64,000 nucleotides of DNA from Candidatus Krumholzibacteriota bacterium (GTDB lineage Bacteria > Krumholzibacteriota > Krumholzibacteriia > Krumholzibacteriales > Krumholzibacteriaceae): contig JAUWCL010000006.1 in NCBI GenBank assembly GCA_030609325.1, forward strand, positions 21,286 through 85,285. The letters are read 5' to 3'. A model generated the notes under the pieces. It made no database searches. It was not told where the DNA came from and worked only from the letters and a program-made list of their open reading frames with translations. Within the stretch, counting starts at the first letter, position 1, and each line of letters begins with the position of its first letter. A program made the translations under genes and the position numbers. Shown in pieces: positions 43,375 through 51,467 of this stretch.

Positions 43375-43875
43375 ATGCGACGTATACGCGATTTTATCGG
43401 CATTTTTGCGAGGGTTTCAAACGCCCGCAGGAAGCGGCGCGGGCTCGGAAAGCTCGGCTTTACGCTGCTCGAGCTCTTTATCGTCATAGAGATCATAGGA
43501 TTTCTGGCAACTATAGTACTTTCAAACTATTACCGATCGAAGAAGGCCGCTCAAGTGGCCGTATCGGTCCAGAATCTCAGGAACATCCAGGTGGCGCTGA
43601 CCTCGTACTTCGCGATGAAGGAGGAGTTCCCCGCCACGCTGAACACTATCTGGCTCCAGTTCTACAACGGCCGGGTCATCGGCAACTTCGAGTATATTGG
43701 CGGTACGACGGCGGGCAACCAGGGCGGATGGGATTTCTTCGCCAGCAACAGCGATGACATCAGGTTCGGCGGCCCGGACAACCAGGGATACGCGATAAGG
43801 AGCACCAAGAACCTCCTGCCATACGCCCTTTATATCTACGGCGACGTGGCGACTGCGGCGAGGATCGTCCACTGA
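43375..43875 (+). CDS. type IV pilin / T2SS pseudopilin-like protein (prepilin N-terminal methylation domain)
   Basis: GKLGFTLLELFIVIEIIGFLATIVLSNYY is the class-III signal with G/F cleavage site and Glu+5. The basic leader is unusually long (~26 aa) if the ATG at 43375 is used. Confidence 0.75.
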   Translation: MRRIRDFIGIFARVSNARRKRRGLGKLGFTLLELFIVIEIIGFLATIVLSNYYRSKKAAQVAVSVQNLRNIQVALTSYFAMKEEFPATLNTIWLQFYNGRVIGNFEYIGGTTAGNQGGWDFFASNSDDIRFGGPDNQGYAIRSTKNLLPYALYIYGDVATAARIVH

Positions 43876-43943
43876 CCTGGCGCCGAGACTGCCTGTAAGT
43901 CAAATCTCCGTGACAACAACCGCATTATGCGTATAATCGCCTT

Positions 43944-45044
43944 ATGGATGATGAAAGGCGTTTCTTCGTGTTCGACGCCCACTGCGACACCGCCCTGAGG
44001 CTCGCCGGGGACAAGCCGGTCGATCTCGGGACGCCGCTTGCCGACGGGCATGTCGACCTCCCGAGGATGGAAGAGGGGGGAGTCGGCGCGCAGGTCTTTG
44101 CCTGCTGGGTCGATCCCGACCTGAACGTCGAGAGATGGATGCCCGACACGCTCGAGATGATCTCCGCAGTCCGCGGCCAGGCCGAGAAACATTCCGATCG
44201 CCTCGTCGTCGCCCTATCCGGCGCTGAGATCGCGGCGGTGAGAGATTCGGGCAGGATAGCGGAGGTGATCGGCGTCGAAGGGGGGCACGTCCTCGGGGGA
44301 AGCGTCGAGAGGCTCGAGGAGCTCCACGGCACCGGTGTGAGGTGCTTCACGCTGACCTGGATGAACACGAACGAGCTGGCCGACTCGAGCGATGGGGAGA
44401 GGAAATGGGAGGGGATCAGCCCGGCGGGCAGGGAGACTGTCGCCGCGATGAACCGGCTCGGCATGGTGATCGATCTCTCCCACGCCTCGGACGGGACATT
44501 CTTTGACGTGGTCGAGGCTTCCGCCGCCCCAGTGCTCGTCTCGCATTCGAGCGCCAGGGCGATCTGCGACATTCCCAGGAACATCAGCGACGAGATGCTC
44601 CGCGCCCTGGTGGAGAACGGCGGGGTGGCCTGCGTCAACTTTTTCCCCGCCTTCCTCGAAAAAGAGACTCACACAAAGGTCTTCGGGATCTGGGGGCGCT
44701 ATCGCGAGGAGCGGAGCCGCCTCGCCGCCGAGTACGGCGGCGACCCGAAGCGCGTCGATGAGGAGATCGGAACGGGTTACATCGAGCGGATAAGGAAGAT
44801 ACCGATGCCCGGCATCGAGGCGGTAGCCGACCATGTCGAGCATATCGCCTCCGTCGCGGGGATCGCCCATACCGGTATCGGCTCAGATTTCGACGGCATA
44901 ATGGCCGTTCCGCCCGGCCTCGAAGACGTCTCGAAGATGCAGGCGCTGGCGGCTGTCCTGGCGGCAAGGGGCTGGGAAGACGGAGATATCGCCTCGGTGA
45001 TGGGAGAGAACCTCTTGCGGCTTTTCTCCACCGTATGCGGCTGA
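43944..45044 (+). CDS. membrane dipeptidase (peptidase family M19)
   Basis: Motifs FDAHCDTA, VIGVEGGH, TLTWMNTNELA, IDLSHASD, VSHSSARA and GIGSDFDG. Confidence 0.88.
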   Translation: MDDERRFFVFDAHCDTALRLAGDKPVDLGTPLADGHVDLPRMEEGGVGAQVFACWVDPDLNVERWMPDTLEMISAVRGQAEKHSDRLVVALSGAEIAAVRDSGRIAEVIGVEGGHVLGGSVERLEELHGTGVRCFTLTWMNTNELADSSDGERKWEGISPAGRETVAAMNRLGMVIDLSHASDGTFFDVVEASAAPVLVSHSSARAICDIPRNISDEMLRALVENGGVACVNFFPAFLEKETHTKVFGIWGRYREERSRLAAEYGGDPKRVDEEIGTGYIERIRKIPMPGIEAVADHVEHIASVAGIAHTGIGSDFDGIMAVPPGLEDVSKMQALAAVLAARGWEDGDIASVMGENLLRLFSTVCG

Positions 45045-45202
45045 TCGGGCGGCTCTGTGAATTTTCCATTGAGATAGGGGTAAACAACTATTTACACAAA
45101 ATCATGAGTATTGCGGGCGGATTTGACTTTTCACCCCCTGGCCAAACAGAGGCAGCCAAGCCCTTTCTAATGATAAAAATTTCGAGGAATTTCGAAAAAT
45201 AC

Positions 45203-45231
45203 TTGACATCTGGGTTAAGTAATGTTAGAAA
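45203..45231 (+). promoter_or_regulatory. sigma70-like promoter of dtxR, with an operator-like inverted repeat over the -10
   Basis: TTGACA, a 17-nt spacer, then TAGAAA. The inverted repeat TTAGA-aatc-TCTAA (45225-45238) overlaps the -10. Confidence 0.3.
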
Positions 45232-45283
45232 TCTCTAAGATTTGAAGATGCAAATATTAACAAGCTGGGCCTTTGGAATAAAT

Positions 45284-45772
45284 ATGAGTGTAAAAAAAGA
45301 GAAAAGACTGACTTCGAGCATGGAAGACTATCTCGAGGCTATCGTGGTTCTTGAGAAAGAAAATGGTGTTGCCAGGGTTAAAGATATAAGCCGTATGCTT
45401 AATGTAAAGCCCCCGAGTGTTACATCCGCTATCATTAATCTTTCAGAGAAGGGCCTTGTCGAGCACGAGCTATACGGTTATGTGGAGCTAACTCTAGAGG
45501 GGAAGAAGGCGGCTCTAGATGTTCTAAGGAGACATAATGTTTTATTTTGTTTTTTAGCCGGGATTTTAAATGTAGATCCAAAGGTAGCTTTAGAAGATGC
45601 ATGCAAGATGGAACATTCAGTAAGCCCCCAGACTTTGGAAAATTTAGAGAAGTTTATCGAGTTTGTCAAGGACAGTTCAAATCAAGGGAAGTCCGGGTTG
45701 TTAAAAAGCTTCACCCATTTTTTAAAAACTGGCAAACGGAAGAGGTTCAGTATAGGTGGAATAAAACAATGA
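45284..45772 (+). CDS. DtxR/MntR-family metal-dependent transcriptional repressor
   Basis: SSMEDYLEAIVVLEKENGVARVKDISRMLNVKPPSVTSAIINLSEKGLVEHELYGYVELTLEGKKAA...RRHNVLFCFL is the DtxR N-terminal HTH plus dimerisation/metal domain. Sampled lines are roughly 32-45% GC. Confidence 0.85.
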   Translation: MSVKKEKRLTSSMEDYLEAIVVLEKENGVARVKDISRMLNVKPPSVTSAIINLSEKGLVEHELYGYVELTLEGKKAALDVLRRHNVLFCFLAGILNVDPKVALEDACKMEHSVSPQTLENLEKFIEFVKDSSNQGKSGLLKSFTHFLKTGKRKRFSIGGIKQ

Positions 45773-45964
45773 ATTTAAATATGGGGGTATTTTTTTCAAT
45801 TCAAAGTTAGGGCTACCTAATATAGTTCTAGTCATATAACCATATCTGACATTGAGAGACATGCTGAAGTTGGAGGCCTCCTGCATGTTTGGCTTGAGTG
45901 TGAACCCAATGCGATGTTCGGTTTCTCATAATCTTTTCCAACATGATGAAAGGAGGTTGAGGTC

Positions 45965-46117
45965 ATGAGAAAGATACTTGAACTAACGCTGGAGAGTGAC
46001 AAGGTGTTGGGCAAAGAGATCAGGGAGAAGCCTGGGCATGATAAGTATGCAGGGACAGAGATTAGGCCTCAGTTAAACGAGAAGGGAATGCATGTCAGCA
46101 AATATTTTGAAGGATAA
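45965..46117 (+). CDS. 50-aa hydrophilic small ORF with a strong Shine-Dalgarno (function unknown)
   Basis: AAAGGAGGT lies 7 nt before the ATG. It translates to MRKILELTLESDKVLGKEIREKPGHDKYAGTEIRPQLNEKGMHVSKYFEG. It falls below the ORF-track length cut-off. Confidence 0.3.
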   Translation: MRKILELTLESDKVLGKEIREKPGHDKYAGTEIRPQLNEKGMHVSKYFEG

Positions 46118-46399
46118 TTGGCTTTCGGTCGTTTATAATGATGGCGAGAGGATTTTTCGTGCCGATTTAAAGCAAAAGGATATTCTGCGACGGCGCACTG
46201 GAGGAGGAGGTGGTCCCGCCCGGGTCATGGCTCCCTCTTCCCGCGCAAGCCATTTCCTGCAAATCGGTTGAAGAAATCTATAGATGGCCGCGAGACGCGT
46301 TTCCCGAGGGGGAGAGTGTCTCTCCGGTGCATATCCTGCCCGGAGACCCTTGCGGGGGATCCCATGATCGACCGGTCTGCAAGAAACGAAAGCAGGAAA

Positions 46400-49201
46400 A
46401 TGAGAAGATTATCGAGGTCAATCCCCATCCCGGCGGGGATTTTCTGTGTTCTGCTTATCATCTTGATGATCTCGTCGCCCGCCGAGGCGGCGAGGAAAGG
46501 GAGGCTCGTCGGCAGGGTCAGGGATAATATCACTGGAAAGCCGATCCCCGGGGCGATCGTGGCCATACAGGGGACTACGATCAGCACGATGACCGACAAG
46601 GACGGGAAATTCAAGTTCGACCTCGAAGCCGGCAGGTACAGCATCACGATCTTCAAGGACGAGTACTTCAGCACGAATTACCAGGACATCAAGGTCGAAG
46701 CGGGCAAGATCACGACGTACGGGTGCGAGTGTGTCCCCGGCGACCCCACCCAGAACATCTTCTTCTCGATAGCCGGGATAAACGTCATCGACAAGCGCGA
46801 GCTCCTTCCCGAGCAGATAGAGACGACCCACGAGATCTCGAGCGCCGAGATCGAGCATCATCTCTCTACCAGCCTCGGGGACGTCCTCGAGCTGATCCCC
46901 GGCGTGGAGAGGACGGCGCCTCCGGGACTTTCGCGAAAGACGAACGTCGGACTGAGGGGAGCGGGCGACATCGGGTCAACCCAGGAGAAATCCCTGGCCC
47001 TCTTCGGCACGAAGGTCATGATAGACGACATTACGCTGTCGAACAACGCCAACCTGCAGTCGGGCACGGGCACCTCGTACGGCGCCACATCCACGTCAGC
47101 CGGCGGCCAGATCGACCTGAGGACGATCCCCGCCGACAACATCGAGAGCGTCGAGGTCGTCACCGGTGTTCCGTCGGTCGAATACGGCGACGTGACGACG
47201 GGCCTGGTGAAGGTCAAGACGAAGATGGGCCGCCAGCCTCACAGGCTGAAGATCAAATCGAACCCCGACACGAAAGAGGGGAACCTCAACGGAGGATTCA
47301 TCGCCGCGGGGACGGGCATCTCGTACAACGCCAACATCGCCTATAGCGAGAGGGACATAAGACGCAAGGGGGACGAGTACTACCGCTACAGCGGCCGGCT
47401 CAATTTCAGGAACAAGATGCTCGGCGACAGGATGGATCTCCTCAACATGTTCGGATACAGGGGCGTCAGCGACGAGCAGAACGTGGACGTCAACGACCCC
47501 CTCTCGATCGAGACGTACAACAGGGACATGTCCATTACCTACGGGAACACGCTCGACTACAGGCCATCGGCCGATACGAAGATCGAGTGGAGGGGAAATA
47601 TTAATTACACGAAACGGGACAGCTACCAGCAGAAGCTCGTCGGCGCCGACGTGCGTGTGCTCACCGACGAGACCGAGCCCGGCACATATCCCGGCTTTTT
47701 CGATGCAGGGGCCTACCTCTCGCAGATCTGGACGAAGGGGGAGGAGTGGAACGTCGGTGCGAGGCTGAATTTCCGCTGGAACTTCAGCACGTACAGGTTC
47801 GATCACGGGATGCTGTTCGGAGGCGAGTACACGTACGACAACAACACCGGTAAAGGCAAGATATTCAATCCGCTTTACCCGCCTTACGGCAACCCCGGTC
47901 AACGCCCCCTTCCTTTCGACTATTCCCCGGCGCTGAAGAATGCCGGCCTCTATTTCGAGGACGAGATCAAGGGATCGCTGAGGTTCCGTCCCTGGTCCCT
48001 CATCCTCGGCGCACGTTATGAGATGTATACGCCCGAAAGCGTCAACTGGGGCGGTCTGTTCAGTGGCGACGACTTCGTCGAGTCGAAGAACGGCTCCTAT
48101 CTCAATCCCCGCATCAGGTTCAGGTACGAGTTGATGGACGACACGCGGATCCGCCTGAGCTGGGGACGCGGCTCGAAGATGCCGTCGATGACCAGAACCT
48201 ACCAGGGCCCGATGTATATAGATATAGTCGAGGAGAATTTAACCCCCCCTATCGCTCCCGACACGATATCGATACCGCTTGTCTCGACATACGTCTTCGA
48301 CTATGACAACACGTACCTCAAGGGCTATCAGAACGAGAAGGCCGAGGTCTCGCTCGATCAGAAATGGGGACCGCTTGCGCTTATCCTCACCGGATTCTAC
48401 GACGAGGCGAATGAGATGCCCCGTCTGAAGAACGATCCGATCACCCTTTGCCGGTACTCGTGGAATGGATATCCCGATCCCGAATCGAGGACACAGATCG
48501 ACACGATCTATACCGATAACGACTCGAGGCACGGCCACTACAGACACGTGGGCTTCTACAGGAAATACGGCCTCGAGTTTCAGTTCATCACGAAGAGAAT
48601 AGAGAGTATCTCGACCGTTTTCCAGATCAACGGGTCGTACTACAAATCGTGGTCGGGAGCGAAGGGGACCTACATATCAAGTCCGAGGTATAACGACCAC
48701 GAGGACCTGAACACGACGATATATCCGATATATCATCATACAGAGGGCTGGCGCAGGAAGATGATCGTCAACTATAAAGCCGACTGGTTCATTAAACGGC
48801 TGGGGATGTGGGTGACGTTCTTCGTGCAGCAGACCCTCTTCGAGGCGACGAAGAGCGTCGTCGATCCGATTCCCTCTGCCGCGGGGTACTACGACCCGCT
48901 CGCTGACAGAACGACGTATATAACGCCCGACAGGTCCAAGGAGCTCAAACTCGACCGGGTCTACGACGACTACGATCTCGCCGTAAGGACCAAGCCGAAC
49001 GACAGGCTGCTGTTCAATCTGAACGTATCCAAATCGCTGGGCAGGGGGGCCGAGGTGTCGATGTTCATACATAACGTCTTCGACGATCCGGCGTACTATC
49101 TCGATGAGAAAGGTTATTACAAGTCGAGAAATCACGAGATCTTCTACGGGATCGAGTTCAGCGTGATGCTCGACAACCTGTTCAGGGGAGGGGGCGGATG
49201 A
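46400..49201 (+). CDS. TonB-dependent outer-membrane receptor with an N-terminal carboxypeptidase-regulatory-like domain
   Basis: Start at MRRLSRSIPIPAGIFCVLLIILMISSPAEA. The CarbopepD_reg-like segment is GRLVGRVRDNITGKPIPGAIVAIQGT...TDKDGKFKF. The plug motif is IESVEVVTGVPSVEYGDVTTGLVKVKTK. A long Tyr/Gly/Asn-rich barrel follows. Confidence 0.8.
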   Translation: MRRLSRSIPIPAGIFCVLLIILMISSPAEAARKGRLVGRVRDNITGKPIPGAIVAIQGTTISTMTDKDGKFKFDLEAGRYSITIFKDEYFSTNYQDIKVEAGKITTYGCECVPGDPTQNIFFSIAGINVIDKRELLPEQIETTHEISSAEIEHHLSTSLGDVLELIPGVERTAPPGLSRKTNVGLRGAGDIGSTQEKSLALFGTKVMIDDITLSNNANLQSGTGTSYGATSTSAGGQIDLRTIPADNIESVEVVTGVPSVEYGDVTTGLVKVKTKMGRQPHRLKIKSNPDTKEGNLNGGFIAAGTGISYNANIAYSERDIRRKGDEYYRYSGRLNFRNKMLGDRMDLLNMFGYRGVSDEQNVDVNDPLSIETYNRDMSITYGNTLDYRPSADTKIEWRGNINYTKRDSYQQKLVGADVRVLTDETEPGTYPGFFDAGAYLSQIWTKGEEWNVGARLNFRWNFSTYRFDHGMLFGGEYTYDNNTGKGKIFNPLYPPYGNPGQRPLPFDYSPALKNAGLYFEDEIKGSLRFRPWSLILGARYEMYTPESVNWGGLFSGDDFVESKNGSYLNPRIRFRYELMDDTRIRLSWGRGSKMPSMTRTYQGPMYIDIVEENLTPPIAPDTISIPLVSTYVFDYDNTYLKGYQNEKAEVSLDQKWGPLALILTGFYDEANEMPRLKNDPITLCRYSWNGYPDPESRTQIDTIYTDNDSRHGHYRHVGFYRKYGLEFQFITKRIESISTVFQINGSYYKSWSGAKGTYISSPRYNDHEDLNTTIYPIYHHTEGWRRKMIVNYKADWFIKRLGMWVTFFVQQTLFEATKSVVDPIPSAAGYYDPLADRTTYITPDRSKELKLDRVYDDYDLAVRTKPNDRLLFNLNVSKSLGRGAEVSMFIHNVFDDPAYYLDEKGYYKSRNHEIFYGIEFSVMLDNLFRGGGG

Positions 49202-50343
49202 TGAAAAAGATGATGACGAGAAAAATAATATCGTTTCTTCCCGCCGCGCTTCTTCTGACCGCCGGGTGCGGCGGCGAGAGGCCGTCGGCGCCCGACGGCG
49301 AGGGGATCATCAGCGTCGTTATCGTCGATACGACGGGTACACTCCCGGGCGCAGTGCCTGGAGAGGCGACCGTCGTGTCAGGCGCCGCCGTCAGCCTTCA
49401 GTCGAGGAGTCACGAATATGTCGAAGTTACCGAGTCGAATGACGGCGGAACGGCCGGGTTTTACGCTCTTCCCGCGGGCGACTACTCCCTCTTCGCAAGG
49501 AGAGAACTGCTCGGTGCGCAAAAGAAGGTCTTCACCGGCTTTACCGAGCTTCACGTTTCGGGGGCGGAGATGGTGACCGACACGATCTACGTCAGCACGG
49601 TGACGGTCAACTCCCTCATGATAAATGAGATATACTACTGCGGGGGCGATTACTCGAAGTACTACTTCTACGATCAGTTCGTCGAGCTCTACAATTCCTC
49701 GCAGGACACCCTCTATCTCGACGGCTGCATACTCACGAGAAACTTCCCGACGATCGACATCGACATCGAGGGAATCGACTATGTGCGGGCGCTCTACGCC
49801 TTCCAGTTCCCCGGCACCCCGGTCACCGGACGAGAGCATCCGATATATCCAGGACAGTATGTGGTCGTCGCCGCTGACGCGGTGGACCACTCGCGGTGGG
49901 CCGACGCTATCGATCTCTCCGGCGCCGACTGGGAGTTCTTCAACCCTCTGGGAAGCGATTACGACGTTCCCGGGATCCCGAACGTCACGAGCATCCATCC
50001 GGACAACAGCAGGGATTTCATGATCAATCTCGTCCACAACGCCGTTGTTTTCACGACGGGCGAGGAGTTCGCATACGAATCTTATATCAACAGCGCCGGA
50101 TACGAGAGGATCCGGATAATACTCCCGCTGTACACGGTGATCGACGGCGTCGAATACGCTCCGAACTCCGACCGGACAAAAGAGCTCACAATGCGGGTAG
50201 ACGCCGGATTCGCCGGGCTAGGGTGCACGAAATACAGCGGGCAGTCGACGGAGAGGCGCGAGATCGGATTCGACGTGAACAACTCGACATTCGATTTCAT
50301 CCTGATTCCTTCGCCGACGCCGGGATATACGCACGTTCAGTAG
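49198..50343 (+). CDS. lipoprotein with a CarbopepD_reg-like domain and a lamin-tail-domain (LTD)-like domain
   Basis: ATGA overlap with the TBDR stop. Lipobox LLLTAGCGG. LTD signature LMINEIYYCG...DQFVELYNSSQDTLYLDGCIL, then FQFPGTPVTGREHPIYPGQYVVVAADA. Confidence 0.65.
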   Translation: MMKKMMTRKIISFLPAALLLTAGCGGERPSAPDGEGIISVVIVDTTGTLPGAVPGEATVVSGAAVSLQSRSHEYVEVTESNDGGTAGFYALPAGDYSLFARRELLGAQKKVFTGFTELHVSGAEMVTDTIYVSTVTVNSLMINEIYYCGGDYSKYYFYDQFVELYNSSQDTLYLDGCILTRNFPTIDIDIEGIDYVRALYAFQFPGTPVTGREHPIYPGQYVVVAADAVDHSRWADAIDLSGADWEFFNPLGSDYDVPGIPNVTSIHPDNSRDFMINLVHNAVVFTTGEEFAYESYINSAGYERIRIILPLYTVIDGVEYAPNSDRTKELTMRVDAGFAGLGCTKYSGQSTERREIGFDVNNSTFDFILIPSPTPGYTHVQ

Positions 50344-50348
50344 GTACC

Positions 50349-51464
50349 ATGAGAGCAAGAGCCGTCATAACAGCGCTGATCATACTTCTCGCACTGGCCT
50401 TTTCGTGCGGCAGGGAGCGGCCCTCGATGCCTGACGGGGAGAACAACCTGAGGCTCTACGCGGTCGACACGTCCGGGGTGTTCGGGGGCTGGACGGCGAT
50501 CGAGGGGGCGACGATCAGGGTAAGCAGCTCGACCCACCAGTTCGCCGCCGTATACGAGACGGGGGACAGCGGATTCGCCGTCCTCGAAGGGCTCGCCGCC
50601 GGCACATACACGATCCAGGCGGAACTGATAAACGAGATGGAGGACTACTCTATCCTCGGCCAGAAGGAGCTCTCGGTCCTGTACGGCCCGCAGCTGACCG
50701 ACACGGTCCTTATGGAATTCCGGAGTTTCGTTCCGCTGACGATAAACGAGATCTACTACTGCGGATGCAACAGGTCGAGATTTTATTGGTTCGACCAGTA
50801 CATCGAGCTGTACAATTCCTCGCCCGACACGATCTGGCTCGACGGCTATCTCGTCTGCCGTAACACGAATATCCCCGACATCATCGATCCGGAGGCTGAG
50901 GATTACGCCCTGGCCTATTATGTCTACGCCTTCCCCGGGGAGACGGGGGTGACGCGAGAGTGCCCGATCGCTCCCGAGCAGTTCCTCGTCCTCGCCTGCG
51001 ACGCCCTCGATCATACCGCCTATGGCGGGAGCTGGTGTGTCGATCTGTCCGGCGCCGACTGGGAGTTCTTCAACCCCCTTGGAAGCGATTACGACGTTCC
51101 GGGGGTCCCCAATCTCTCGCCTGTCTCCAATGAGGGAAACGATTTCTCGATGAACCTCTCCCACGCCGCCGTATATATCGCCACGGGCGAAGAGTGGGAG
51201 TACGGGTATCACTACGACGAGAACATCAATGATATAAAAGAATATATTCACATACCGCTCTGGACGATAGTCGACGGCGTCGAGTACGCGAGCAACACCG
51301 ACTCGCAGAAATACATTACGATTCGCATGGACGCCGGACTGGCGGGAATCGGGATGGGCAAGTACAGCGCCCAGTCGGTGCAGCGCAGGCTCCTCGGCCT
51401 CGATTCGGACAACAGCACATTCGACTTCGAGATAGTCTTTCCGCCCTCTCCGGGCTGGCATTAG
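50349..51464 (+). CDS. paralogous CarbopepD_reg-like/LTD-like lipoprotein
   Basis: Start at MRARAVITALIILLALAFSCG (lipobox). LTD signature LTINEIYYCG...DQYIELYNSSPDTIWLDGYLV. It shares the block DLSGADWEFFNPLGSDYDVPG with the upstream paralog. Confidence 0.65.
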   Translation: MRARAVITALIILLALAFSCGRERPSMPDGENNLRLYAVDTSGVFGGWTAIEGATIRVSSSTHQFAAVYETGDSGFAVLEGLAAGTYTIQAELINEMEDYSILGQKELSVLYGPQLTDTVLMEFRSFVPLTINEIYYCGCNRSRFYWFDQYIELYNSSPDTIWLDGYLVCRNTNIPDIIDPEAEDYALAYYVYAFPGETGVTRECPIAPEQFLVLACDALDHTAYGGSWCVDLSGADWEFFNPLGSDYDVPGVPNLSPVSNEGNDFSMNLSHAAVYIATGEEWEYGYHYDENINDIKEYIHIPLWTIVDGVEYASNTDSQKYITIRMDAGLAGIGMGKYSAQSVQRRLLGLDSDNSTFDFEIVFPPSPGWH

Positions 51465-51467
51465 GGA

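Noticed and set aside
46326-46348. Calling a cobalamin riboswitch upstream of the TonB-dependent receptor.
   Set aside because: Only a B12-box-like core and a GGTG..ATCC element are present. The GCCACTG element and the conserved junction are not found in the right order. It is kept as a low-confidence finding to be tested with covariance models, not as a feature.
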